Of a DNA stretch of 64,000 nt, positions 12,601 to 25,357 are shown piece by piece. The first letter of the stretch is position 1. The number at the start of each line of letters is the position of its first letter. The position numbers and the translations under genes were made by a program. The stretch is from Mobula birostris. Its lineage: Eukaryota. The notes below the pieces were generated by a model. That model did no database searches. It was not told where the DNA came from and worked only from the letters and a program-made list of their open reading frames with translations. The stretch is from assembly GCF_030028105.1 (NCBI RefSeq), contig NC_092380.1, positions 70,119,717 through 70,183,716 of the forward strand, read 5' to 3'.

Positions 12601-15030
12601 CTTGTTTGCGTTTAATTCCCTCTGCCATTTTTCAACCACTTTTCCAACTGGGCCAAATCCTGCTGCAAAATTTGATAGTCTTCCTCACTTCCCCAATCTT
12701 GACGTCATCCACAAATTTGCTGATCTAGCTTACCATGTTATTATCCAGATCATTGATACAGCTGTCAAACGACAGGGGGACCAGCACCGATCTCTGCAAC
12801 ACACCACTAGTCACTGGCTTCCAGTCAAAGAGGCAACCATCTACTACAACCCTCTGGCTTCCCCCGTTAAGTTAATGTCTAATCTTATTTACTACCTTAT
12901 CTTGAATGCCAAATGACTGAACCTTGTTGCCCAACCTCCCATTTGGGAACTTGTCAAAGGCCTTGCTGAAGTCCCTGTAGACAATATCCACTGACTTGCC
13001 TTCATCAACTTTCCTGGTAACTTCCTCGACAAATCTTATAATTGGTTAAGCACAACATACCACACACAAAGCCGTGTTGACTATCCCTAATCAGTCCCTG
13101 TCTATCCAAATATTTAGATATCCAGTCCCTATAAATAACTTTACCACTACTGATGTCAGGCACACTGGCCTATAATTTCCTGGGTTATACTTGGAGCCTG
13201 TCCTAACAATGCAACAGCATTAGCTTTTCGACAATCCTCCGCCACCCAACTCATGGTAAGATGATTTCAATATCTCCGTTAAGGCCCCTGCAGTTTCGGT
13301 GCTAGTCTCCCACAGGGTCCAAGGGAACACCTTGTCAGGTCTTGGGGATTTATCCAACCTAATTTGCCTTACAGGGTCCATGACCTAACTACCGCTTTTC
13401 TTCACCTCTACTGACTCTCTGTCCATCTTCCAAGAAAATACAGATACAATAAAACCCATTTAAGATCTACTCTCTCTCTTCCGGCTCCACACACAGATTA
13501 CAACTCTGGTCGTCCAGAGGACCAGTTTTGTCCATTGCTATCCTTTTGCTCTTAACATCTGTAGAAGTTCTCAGGAATCTCCTTCTCTTTATTTGCTAGA
13601 GCAACCATGCCTTTTCATAGCCCTCTTGATTTCCTTCTTATGTGTTGTCTTGCATTTCTTGTACTCAATTACCTCATTTATTGTGACCTGCCTATACCTG
13701 CCATGCACCTCCTTTTTCTTAACCAGAACCTTAATATCTCTCAAAACAAGGTTCCCTAAATCTGATATCTATGCTTTTTATTCTGACAGGAGCATACAAA
13801 CTCTATATTCTCAAAATTCACTTATGAAGGCCTCAAACTTATCAAGTACACCTTTGCCAGGAAACAACGTATCCCAATCCACACTTGTCAGATCCTTTCT
13901 GATACCATCAAGATCTTGAACCTCAACATGAGGACCAGATCAAACCTTTTCTATAATTACAACTTACTCTTTTCATGACAAATCTCCAACATCACAACTT
14001 TTAAACAAAGTAAATCTCATTCAATCACTTATCAAAGTATTTGCAAAAGTAATCAGTTCTTCCAGAAAATCAAAATCAGATCCTTTGAATGAAAAATAAA
14101 CATATACATCCAACTGTTTTAAATACCCATACGTTTTGAAACATTTCATTCCTGTGCTGATTCTTCGATCTTGGTTGGTTTTCCATCTCGTTTCTTGGTT
14201 CGTTGGATGAAATAGTGGGTCATCCACAGAATGTCGATTCACAATACTTGCACTCAAAAAACCTGACCAAATCTCTTCATATGATTTAACAGACCCATTA
14301 CTGTTTACACTGTGGATACTACTCTCTACCCATATCATCTCAATATAGTCGTAGCTTCAATAACTCTTTTATCGATATCATCTCTCCTCCATGGGTTTCA
14401 CACTGATGATTGCCTATACGTAGGGTAGAGACACTAACTACTAATTCCACTTTTAACAGTTTTTATCTTTAGTTACTTTCTATAGTTTGCTGCATTTCTG
14501 TCACTTGTCCAAGCCTCGTTAGCAATGCCTAGTTCTCGCATAGCCCTTTCTTCAAGTTCTCTTTTTAAAAATTCGGTAATTCTCATCTTCATCCCTCCAC
14601 AGTTTTCTGACATTACATCTTTGGGCTTAATTAACCTGAGTTACACTTCTGTTTCCTGCAGCAGCCTGTGATCTCTCTACTAATTTGCTCCTCTGAATCC
14701 CACAGACTGTTGGGTGGCCTACAATATAATCCCATTAACTTGGTCATATATTTCTTCTTCCTCAGGTCTACCCATAAGCCTTCACTAGAAAAGCTATCCA
14801 GCCTGTCCTGTATCCTGTACCCAGCAGTATTCTGGGTGACTGTGTCCAGAGTGAAGGATGCCATGAAGATGGGCACTTCCTGGATGCTAAACAGTAGGTA
14901 CTGGAATTGCGGTGCCCATGGCTAATACCCCCCTAACCCCGCAGGATAGGATGGCTGCTGCTATCTGAGGTACATGGTACTGCACATACACCAATTCAAT
15001 AGCCTGAATGAGCAGAAAGGTCCTGAATGA
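12600..15030 (-). mobile_element. CR1 LINE (EN + RT fragments) interrupted at about 13920-14625
   Basis: EN piece LMGLYCRPPNS...QISREI at 14631-14876; post-EN DGIRKDLTSVDWD at about 13.9 kb; RT-like sequence to 12.6 kb. Confidence 0.7.
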
Positions 15031-15034
15031 TAAT

Positions 15035-15700
15035 CCAGACATCCCATCTCTCCCGGAAGTTCCGGGAGTCTCCCGTATATTAATAGCAGCTCCCTGATGC
15101 CCGCAAATTATATACAATATCCCGGAAATGAGAGGGAGAGGGAGAGCGAGAGCGAGAGCAGGAGCAAGAACGAGCATGCTGATTGGTCTCTCTTTGTGCT
15201 AAGTAGGCCTATCAGTTTTCTCTGTGGGCAGGCTTTACTGTCGACCTCTGTCTCTCCATCAGTTCAGTTTCGTGTCCTGCACCGCCATGGCAAAGTGTTA
15301 CAAAAAATGAAAATATAAAATGCACTTCACCTCAGACTACACTAAAGTGTACCCCTGCCTAATAGGGGTCAAAAATAATGACAGTGTTGCTCGCTGCACT
15401 GTTTCCAACAGTGACTTTTCTATTGCCCATGGTGGGTTAAATGACTGTAAAAGATATGTTGAGGTGAGTTTAACAGGTGCCATTCGTTTATTAGCATAGC
15501 TAACGTTATTTAAACTAGCTGGCTAGCTGCTGAGGAGCTACTCCATTGATGTCCTACGTGGTGAGGCCAAACTCCCTGTAGATGTGCTGAAAGTTGTAAT
15601 AGAATTAAAAAATGACTCCATGATAATATATAAGTACATACTGTATTTTACTCTCACATTTTCTGCATATACCCAGTTTACAGATTACAGATTAGACAAA
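15035..15700 (+). mobile_element. hAT-like DNA transposon 5' remnant with a decayed BED-finger first exon (15287-15463)
   Basis: ccgccATG: MAKCYKK*KYKMHFTSDYTKVYPCLIGVKNNDSVARCTVSNSDFSIAHGGLNDCKRYVE|gtgagt. The CxxC...H...H pattern is decayed. Confidence 0.55.
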
Positions 15701-15928
15701 ATCACTAAACAAAGTATTACATAAGACAGTATAATAAGGATACACCTTATGCTTTTATTTCTTTTAGGGACCACAACGTATTACAGAGAGTAATCGCAGG
15801 GAAGGCTGCTCAAGTATTTCACAGTTCTTTTCAGCAGAGCCACATCACAGTACAAGGAAAGTTTGCAAATGAAATAGAAAAGCTATTTGCATTAGCATTG
15901 AGATTGCCAACAAAATGCTCAACAAGGA

Positions 15929-15994
<66 letters not shown>
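15929..15994. repeat. (AT)n(GT)n(AT)n microsatellite
   Basis: Seen directly. Confidence 0.95.
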
Positions 15995-15995
<1 letters not shown>

Positions 15996-16470
15996 GATAG
16001 TTTCAGGGTGGGATGTCTGATAGTCTTTCCCCTGTATGGTACAACCAGGCTGTCCCGGGAAATGATATGCATGGCTTTTCTCATGGAGACATTACCAATG
16101 GGACAGCCTCAGCATTCAAACCTACAGAGGGTGCACTGAGCAAAGTGTCAGCTGAACTGATGCCTGTTCAGCTGGTGGCCTTGCAAAATCGGATGGCCTT
16201 GGACGACGTATTTGCAGTGATAGGTGACAGCTGGGCTGTGATTGGTCAGAAATGCTGCACCTACATCCCCAATGAGTCTGGGAACATTACTCACCTGGCT
16301 GATCGTATCCAGCAGTCAGTAAATAAGATCAGGAAAGTAGGGGTCCAGCTTCATAACTACTACTCCCCAGATGGTTTTTGGAGCACTGGGAGGCTGGTGG
16401 ACTACTCTCACTGGGTAGTAACTGGTTGATTGTTAGTTTTGGGTATTATTGTTATGTTTTGTGTGTAGTA
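15995..16470 (+). mobile_element. Endogenous retroviral env TM-subunit fragment, decayed
   Basis: Fusion-peptide-like LIVFPLYGTTRLSREM, then a frameshift, ISD LQNRMALD, a decayed CX6CC motif (SWAVIGQKCC) and a hydrophobic anchor WVVTG*LLVLGIIVMFCV. Confidence 0.8.
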
Positions 16471-18309
16471 TAGCGAGGCGCCCATGAGGGTTATACAAGC
16501 CTTTGGGCCGAGCATCAGTGTTGTGGCTTTCGATGGGTAGAATGTTGCAGTGTCTTACCTGCTTATTGAAAGCCGCAGGCCTGTGTGGCTCGCTGGCGTA
16601 GAATGGAAGGAGAAACTGAGTTAGTGTTTCAAGCTGATGACTCTCCATCAACACTATAAAATGTTAATGGTAATAAAAAAAATGCAGAGGATGGAAGAGT
16701 AAAGGAAACAAAATGGAGGTTCTATGACAGGGAGAAGGCCAGAAGAGATTGAGTGGTACAATTATTGGCAGATTAACTTGACAGACTGCAGTAGTTTTGA
16801 GATACGAGAAGAGCGAAGCTATGGTAAGAGATACGGGAGTGTTCCTCTGGGGCCAAGGTGCAAAACACAGTACCAACAGTCATACACAGCACTGGAGGCA
16901 GCACACTACCACCGGCTACAACAGGCAACAACACAGCATGAGGTTTAGTGTATGTTACAACTGAGGACACACAGCTCCCCATGTCTGTCCTACCAATAAA
17001 GCAGTGAATCAGACTTGTAGCATTACACGCTACCAATATCCACCAGCGGCTTGCGATTATAAGAAAAATGACTGAGACAATCACTGGCTGTTAGACTGCA
17101 CACTGCCTTCATGCACTGACCCCAATGCCTCTCTATAACAGGCAGCAATATGATCACACCAAATCCAGCCCCTCTGCCAACATGCAACTTGCTGGTGGGG
17201 TAGACTTGCAGTGTCTGAAGTTCCTAGTGTCCAGCAGTGCCTTGCAATCATTAAAAAAAAAGTTAAAAAAAGGCCTTGTGGACCTGCTGCGTTCGAGTGC
17301 ACTGCCATCTTACTGAAAACATGTCTTTATTACCTACTTATGAAATGACCTTGTAAACAGAATATGTTTGTCAAATTGGAGACAAATGCTAATATCAAAC
17401 AATAATTCATTCACAAATGCTAGATGTAATTGTTAGGAGGCAGTCACATTCATATACACAAATTATAATTTCTAGAATTTGAATACATTTCATGAAAATA
17501 TATTTTAAGAGACAATAAAAAATGACATACAATGTACATTCATGCTTTTATTGCCCCACCAGAAATTCATCCAAGATTTTCTCTTCCAATTCTCGTGGTG
17601 CAACCCTCATTTCCTATTCCCATATCTGAATCCAATTTTACTACCAGTTGTTAACCAGCACACAATTCTCAGTGAATGGTATATTTGATCCTTTTCTCAC
17701 CGAAATTTCCAAGTACCAGATGGCCTACCAAATCCCACTACATCATATTTATCAGCAGTTTCCTTGATCTCTCTGTAAAAATGAGAGAACTTCAGGACTT
17801 GCATACAAGCACAGATTATTCAGCTATATTGGGGCCACAGCTTTAGTTGATATGATTCTAAGCTTCGGCTAACACATGAAAGTTTAGACATTTCACATAC
17901 ATACTTGTGTAACAAGGCTCAATAATTTTGCTGCCCAAACTGACATAACATATACATGTAAATCTTAAAAATTATATTAATATACAACATTTATCTATCA
18001 TCTTCAAATGTGTTCACATGCAGATTGTCTAATATTTAATTACTAATGTCTAAAGTGCTTTAAAAAATGAAAACACCTCTCAGTAAACAGTACACATAAT
18101 TCTTTGATGCAATCAAGCTTTCTGGTGTGACAATGCTGGATTGTAGAAATCCCCTTTCTGGTTTATAATAGAAAGTCAGAAAAGGGGTTCTGCATACAAC
18201 AGGGATTGTTACATCCTTGGTACTAAATGGTCTGTGACTGCAATTCTAGTCCATTATACTGAATTCCAACGACCTTAACATTAGTTCTAAAATGTTAAAA
18301 CCTTGTAAT

Positions 18310-18690
18310 AATGAAGGGCTGGAGATGCAAGCAGGCCAGGCAGTGTCTATGGAAAAGAGTAAACAGTACATGTTTCTGGCTGAGACCTTTCATCAAGAGT
18401 GGGGGGAAAAAAGAGATCAGAGTAAAATGGCTGGGGGAGGGGAGGAAAAAGTACAAAGTGGTAGGTGATAGGTGAAACGGAGAGGGGGAGGGGTGAAGTA
18501 AAGAGCTGGGGAGTTGGTTGGTGAAAGAGATAAAGGGCTGGAGAAGGGGAAATCAGATATGAGAGAATAGAAGACCATAGAAGAAAGGGAAGGGGGAGGA
18601 GTACCAGAGGGTGGGGATGGGCAGGTAAGGGGGATAAGGTGAGAGAGGGAAACGGGATTGGGGAATTTCTAAAGGGGGAGGGAGGCAGGA
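18310..18690. mobile_element. Penelope-derived repeat fragment
   Basis: Matches the 330-660 portion of the element at the window start. Confidence 0.6.
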
Positions 18691-19404
18691 AACAATGAAG
18701 GAGGGACAATTACTGTAAGCTTGTAAATCTTTTTTCGAGAATCCTCTTGCCCATGATATTCCTTTAAAACCTTCCAATCCAGGTACTCATCCAAACACTT
18801 AAATGTTTTTATTGTACAAGTATCAGACTGTCCCACAGGTCTCTTTGATACTCTTCCCCTCTCACCTTAAACCTGTGCTCTGTATGTTTTTGATTCCTGT
18901 GTGCATTGCCCCTTCATTCCTCTCAATAGATGCTGCCCAGCTTGCTGAAATCCTCTAGCATTTTGTTGTGTTTCTAGAAAATTTACAAAATTGATCAATG
19001 CATCTGATCCACCTGATTAGCTGGGGCAAAGGGAGGAGAGAGGCATTGTTCCGTAAATGCACTAATAGTAGTCACACTTTCGTGCAAATCGCATAAGAGT
19101 TCAACTTAACTGTAATAAATGATTCAATGGATTTGTCCAGCAGATCGACACAATTACATCATAGTGGCTTAATGTGTCAGATCAGACAACTCCTATTGTA
19201 CACAAGCTCTTGGGACACATCTGCCATCCTCAATTAATTTCTCCTTACACCTACAACTAAATCACTGTCTGCCTCACAATTATGCAACTTTTGTGACTTA
19301 AATAAACAGTACGTTAACTAAACTGGATTAATTTACCAATCAGAATGGTGAATGGATACTGGATGGTAAACTGCAAAAGAACAATGAAGTTGACAGTAAA
19401 TTAT

Positions 19405-19410
19405 TTTATT
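19405..19410 (-). terminator. Candidate poly(A) signal AATAAA downstream of exon G
   Basis: TTTATT on + about 75 nt past the TGA at 19486-19488; the context is AT-rich, so chance occurrence is possible. Confidence 0.35.
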
Positions 19411-19485
19411 CTCAGTTATAATTGAAGTGCAGTCTTCAATTAAAAAGGATTCCATGCTCACTCCTCCAGAAAATACTATATAAAT

Positions 19486-19786
19486 TCAAATTAATATCAA
19501 GTCATACTGTTTCATATGTTCTTCCAAATTAAATTCAATTTGAACTTGGATGTGACATTTATCATTTGCTTTTGATGTATAAGTTAGCTCAGTGGTGAAA
19601 CTGCTAGCATTTTGAAATAGCTTGTTTGTAACAAACTCCTTTTCACAAAAGGATAAGCATCTCTGTACCAGAAGATACGAGCCTCTTCGAGGGCACATCT
19701 TTTAACATCGCAAGAAAGAGTTACTGGTTGACCAATTTTAGGACTTTTTGTGGGGCACTTTATTTCTGAAACCTTCTCCCATACAT
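19486..19786 (-). CDS. Probable last coding exon G: Ig-like domain with a -1 frameshift
   Basis: Acceptor ctctttttcagcag|AT (NAGNAG), phase 1. VWEKVSEIKCPTKSPKIGQPVTLSCDV...IFWYRDAYPF resembles exon F. One more T in the TTTT run near 19646-19649 would join it to ...KCHIQVQIEF...YDLILI*. Confidence 0.65.
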
Positions 19787-20099
19787 CTGCTGAAAAAGAG
19801 AATTTACAATAAATAAATGTGAGAACCTTAAAGGCATTTCAAAAATAAAGACCTATGTGAGTCAATATATATCACTGCACTCCCAAAGGCCTTATCTTAA
19901 TTCTTACAAATTTAAATGTTTACACTAAATCACCATTTGCCACCTGAACTACTGCAGTTGGGTGGATATGGAATATCATCCAGATGAAATATTTGCTGTC
20001 ATGGCATAGAATCATGGAATCATACAGCAGAGGAACAGGGCTTTGTCTCAATTCATCAACACTGACCAAGATGCCGGAAGTTAGACACATCTGCCCACA

Positions 20100-21020
20100 T
20101 TGAATGTATATCCCTGCAACACTATCTAAAAGCCGGACCACACCGCATCCAATTTCTCATCCAGGCAGTGTACGATGTGCTTCCAAGCCCATCAAACCTG
20201 CACACATGGGGCAAGGCAGAGTCATCTGCGTGCCCACTGTGCTCCAAGCGAGGAACCCTGGAGCACATCCTCAGCGGCTGTGCAAGGGCACTTGGTGACG
20301 GACGGTACAGGTGGAGGCATGATCAGGTCCTGAAGACCATCGCTGAAGCCGTCAGCGCAGGAGTTGAGTGGGCGAAGCGGTCCCGACCCTCCAAACAGAC
20401 CATTGCCTTTGTCAGAGCTGGGGAGCAGCCAATACCTGCCAAAAGAACATCTGCAGGCATTCTGACCTCTGCAAGGGACTGGTAGCTGTTGGTGGACCTC
20501 GAAGGGCAGCTGAAGTTCCCCAACCATATCGCAGCCACCACCCTGTGACCAGACATTGTCCTAGGGTCTGAGTCGACTAAGCAAGTGGTGCTGCTGGAGC
20601 TGACAGTCCCATGGGAAGATAGCTTGGAAGAGGCCTTTGAAAGGAAGCTCTCCAAGTACACAGGACTGGTCAGCCACTGTCAGCAGGCTGGATGGAGAGC
20701 GAGGTGTCTCCCAGTGGAGGTTGGTTGTAGGGGATTCGTAGCCCATTCTTTAGTTACAGCCTTCGGCATTTTGGAAATCGAGGGAGAGAGAAAGAGGAGA
20801 GCCATCTGCAGTACCACCGATGCGGCAGAGAGGGCCTCAAAATGGCTGTGGCTCAAAAGGGGGGAGCCATGGAGTCATAAGTAGCTATCCATCTGGACAC
20901 AAGCTGGGGTCTGATCAGCCCCAGCTGGGTCACCTGGAGGAGGTTGTGTGATGTTGAAAGACCCGAAACACCCAATGATTCCAGGATCATCACTGAAGAT
21001 GTATCCAGAAGCATCAATAG
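20100..21020 (+). mobile_element. 3' fragment of a restriction-like-endonuclease LINE (HERO/R2-type)
   Basis: CPLC...LEHILSGC...YRWRHDQVL, PDIV, LLELTVPWE and EVGCRGF; in-frame stops. Confidence 0.75.
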
Positions 21021-22078
21021 ATGTATGTACATAGCTATGTACCTGTTCAAATGTCTTTTAGATGTTATTATTTTATCTGCTCCAACACTTCCTCTGGCAG
21101 CTTATTTGATATACTATGTATCATTCTCTGCCTCAGGTCCCTTGAAAATGTTTCTCCTCTCACACTTAACTTATACTCTCTAATTTTCAATTCCCTTTGG
21201 TGGGAAAAAAGATTTGTGAATTCATCCTAACTATGCCCCATATGATATTAAACACCTCTAAGATCACCTCTGAGTCACTGATACTCCAACAATAAAGTGC
21301 TAGTCTGCTCACCCTCTCCCTATAACTCACCTCAATTCTCAACACAGTGGCTCACATGCCAGTTTACTCATCTTGCCTTGTCAGCATTTCATGATCTGAA
21401 CCACACTCATTCCCTCCATCCCATTCACTAGAGAAGAGACATACAGCAATAAAGGAGTTTGGTTGTTAACGCAGATGTCATGAATATGTATCAGATGAAA
21501 GTGTGGGATGCATGCTTGGCAAGATTCTTTACAACAGAGTCAGTATTCATTGCCTTGTGGAAGAGAAGGGAAGAGATCTTGTTTTAAAATGGAGGCCTAA
21601 AGTGATTACAAGCATGTTCAGGTATGGAAGTTAGCATCAGAATCTACGATAAAAATCCAGTCTAAGTTAGAATATTTGAAAAGTTGACAACATGATGGAG
21701 CCTAAAGGGAAAAGTAGTTCGCCAGAAGGTGCTCAAGTGTCTGTTTGGAGATGACTACTTCATTGATATTTACATATATAATCAGGAGAAACAGCTGGTA
21801 TACAAATGATGTGAGAAATTTAATTTCGTAAAACTTAATCAGATCTATGTTTGGCTGTTTCAGTGTATTCTTGTTATCATCTACAGAACAGAGGAAGTTT
21901 ATTGGATATGGGCACCCAAGAAATGAGGCAGCAATCAGACAGGTCCATTGAAATGGACTGGCAGCTTGTAGACAACAGTTCAAATTCACCATTCCAAATA
22001 CTAATGCTTGTCTCATGTGTAATAATCTAAAATTCTACTTTGCCCCAATAATGGATTTCAAGTAAATGAACACTTTAC

Positions 22079-22120
22079 CTTCACTTGTTGCTTCATTGCT
22101 GTCATTTTCCTTGACAGCAT
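22079..22120 (-). pseudogene. 42-nt micro-exon homolog with defective acceptor (x-AVKENDSNEATSE-)
   Basis: Same intron context and donor (GAAG|gtaaag) as the 45-nt exons, but the acceptor reads cccttaca|AT with the G missing. Confidence 0.45.
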
Positions 22121-22399
22121 TGTAAGGGAAAAATAGTAGTTTAATAAAATGCAACATTTGTCAAACCAAATTAGCCCTTAGAAATTTAAAACACTAATTA
22201 TCTCATCTAACCAGATGTTAAATAACTGTAGCTAGCTATAATTACCTATCCACAGCGATAGGGAAAAAAAAACACACCAGTTCAGCCAATGTGAGACTTG
22301 ATTCGGAGTAAATGGTAAAATTAATATTTTGTTAAGTTTAAAATAAATGATCATTGTATCTATAACATTATTGGAATGTGTCACATGAACACACTAGTA

Positions 22400-23290
22400 T
22401 GGTGTGCTGCTCTCTGTTACAATTGATGGTGAGGTGGTTACTGGGGTGAGGGCCTACAAGCAGCTGAGGCCACACCTGGATGACAGACTTGAGTGGAGCA
22501 CGAACACACAGGCTGTGTCCAAGAAGGGCCAGAGTCGGTTCTACTTCTTGAGGAGATTGAGGTCCTTTGGAGCGTACAGGTTTCTCCTTCACTTCTTCTA
22601 CCAGTCTGTTGTCGCCAGTACGATCTTCTCTGTGGTGATGTGCTAGGACGATGTCATCAACACGGGCAATGCCAGTAGGCTCAATAAACTGTTTAGAAAG
22701 GCTAGCTCTTTCATAGGTGTCCAACTAAACACACTACAGGCTGTCAAAAAGGACACTACAGAAAAGCCTGGAAATTCTGGACAATGATTCTCACCCTCTG
22801 TATGCCACATTGGCTGAACAAAGGAGGACTTTGGGTAATAGACCAAGACAATAGACAATAGACGATAAGTGCAGGAGTAGGCCATTCGGCCCTTTGAGCC
22901 AGCACCGCCATTCACCGTGATCATGGCTGATCATCCACAATCAGTATCCAGTTCCTGCCTTATCCCCATAACCTTTGATTCCACTATCTTTAAGAGCTCT
23001 ATCCATCTCTTTCTTGAAAGCATCCAGAGACTTGGCCTCCACAGCCTTCTGGGGCAGAGCATTCCATACATCCACCAAGACAACCATGCTGCTCCAAAGA
23101 ACGTGATTATAAAGTCATTCTACCTTTGGCCATTAGGCTCTATAATGAGACAGACGACAGCCGGGTAAGTGATGAACCCCTCCTATTAGACTGTTTGAGG
23201 TAACTTTTTCCCTTCTAATATTTATATCTGTGCACTTTTAATGCTGCTCTGACACTGCAATTTCCTTTGGAATCAATAAAGTATCTATAT
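22400..23290 (+). mobile_element. Rex/Babar-like LINE 3' fragment, duplicated with the array (also about 25690-26325, 27590-27835, 29935-30570)
   Basis: YK.L..HLD.RLEWSTNT...KKGQSR.YFLRRLRSF at the same position in each unit. Confidence 0.7.
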
Positions 23291-23313
23291 CTATCTACTA
23301 CAACAGGTTCTCC

Positions 23314-23596
23314 CTGGAAGGCGTAAATTGAATTCTTTCTTTTGAACTTTCTTTCTTTGTGAACCACCTCATATTTGATACAACTCCCATGGTCTGCTTT
23401 TGCTGGTGTAAACATTATGCTTGTAATTGATGAAATCAGACATTCTTCTGCAATCTCACGATGACCTGTTTTTGCGTCTTTCCATCGTTATACCACGTTA
23501 CTTTGATTTTCGCAGGAACACAGCCATTCAAGATGCTAAATGTTGCAGGCGATTTAGCTTGAAGAGTTCTGGATCACTTTTAATATCAGATATCTC
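23314..23596 (-). pseudogene. Decayed Ig C1-like exon H, copy 3
   Basis: EISDIKSDPEL / LNGCVPAKIKVTWYNDGK / MFTPAKADHGSCIKYEVVH, with frameshifts. Confidence 0.6.
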
Positions 23597-24877
23597 CTCT
23601 CAACTTAAACCAATGCTCCCTAGTTTTTCCATACCCTTTGATGGGAAAAAAGATTCATGCATTAGTCCTGACCTTGACCATATGATATTATACACCTCTA
23701 GGATCACCTCTCAGTCTCTGATACACCACAAATAAAATCCTAGCCTGCTCAGTCTCTCCTTATAACTCACCCCCTTGACTCCTAGCAACATTCTCAAAAA
23801 TCTGCTTTGCACTCTTCCTGGCCAATGTTATATTTTCTATAAGAGAGTAAACAAAGCTGTGCACAATACTCCATGTGCAGCATTACCAACATTGTGTACA
23901 ACTGTAATGCAATGCCCCAGCCCTCTACATTCAATGCTCTGATGAAAGGCCATCATGCCAAATACGCCTTCTTATTTACCTATCTACCTGTTATGTTCTC
24001 ATAGAGACATTAAAAATATCACATCCACTCTAAACACACTCATCTGGACTATGCTTCTCCTTTCTAGCTATTCTCAACACAGTGGCTCACATGCCAGTTT
24101 ACTCATCTTGCCTCGTCAGCATTTCATGATCTGAACCACACTCATTCCCTCCATCCCATTCATTAGAGAAGAGACGTACAGTGATAAGGGAGTTTATTTA
24201 TCAATGCAGAAGTCACAAATACACATCAGATGGAAGTGTGGGATGCATGCTTGGCAAGATTCTTGACAACAGAGTCAGTACTTATTTCCTTGTGGAAGAG
24301 AAGGGAAGTGATCTTGTTTTAAATTTGGAGGCCTAAAGTGATTACAAGCATTTTCAGGTCGGGAAGTTGGCACCAGAATCTACCATAAAAATCCAGCCCA
24401 CGTTAGACTATTTGAAGAGTGGACGACATGACAAAGCCACAAGGGAAAAGTAGCTCACCGTTAGGTGCTCAAGTGTTTGTTTGGAGATGACTACTTCACT
24501 GATATTTACTTATACGATCAGGAGAAACAGGAGGTATACAAATTACATGAGAAATTTAGTTTTGTAAAGATTAATCAGATTGTATTTGGCTCTTTCAGTA
24601 TATTTTTGTCATCATCTAAAGAACAGTAGAAATTTACTGGATATGGACACCCAAGAAATGAAGGCAGCAGACTGACAGAGCATTGAAATGGACTGGCAGC
24701 TTGTATACAACAGCTTAAATTCACCATTCCAGATAGCAATGCACATCTCATGTACAATAATATAAGATTCTACTTTGACCCAATAATGTGTTTCAGGTAA
24801 ACCATGTCCAGTTCAGGAACTTCCCAAAATGATTACTTTACCTTTATCTTTTGCTCTACTGCTGCCATTGGTATGTC

Positions 24878-25043
24878 GTGGGAGATGGAAGATCTCCGGC
24901 TATGTGCCCAGAAACCCGAGTGCTTTGGGCAGAGAGCTCGGAAAAAGTGACGCAATGGACTTTTAACATCATAAAATCAGAAAATTGTTTGTTATGTCTC
25001 CCCTCTCGCTGTGAAACAGGGACACCTCTTTTTTCCCTTATTT

Positions 25044-25074
<31 letters not shown>

Positions 25075-25357
25075 CCTGTGGTATATTGAATTAACTGAAC
25101 GAGTAGAACTTGGGGTACTGCAAGTCTGTATCTTTATCGATGCTTTGCTGCAAGCTTGAGTGTTCAGTGGAGGGGGCTGATGATTGTTTTACTGATGGAG
25201 GAGGCTTGTGCTTGAGAGTGGGGAGCTGGGGCGGCTTTGGGGTTCTAACATTTAACTGTCATTCATTCTTTGGGGCACTCCTGTTTTCCTGGATGGTTGA
25301 GGAAAAAAAAGAATTTCAGGATGTAGATTGTATACATTTCTCTGACATTAAACATAC
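24878..25357 (+). mobile_element. ~0.48-kb retroposon-like repeat with (GA)n, inserted in a micro-exon (duplicate at about 29126-29600)
   Basis: Interrupts micro-exon-homologous sequence; ends tgtatacatttctctgacattaaacatacc. Confidence 0.55.

Noticed and set aside
15995-16470. Co-opted env, or a link to the Gag-like tail of human B7-H6
   Set aside because: It has a frameshift, an internal stop and a lost CX6CC Cys, lies on the opposite strand, and shows no splice connection.
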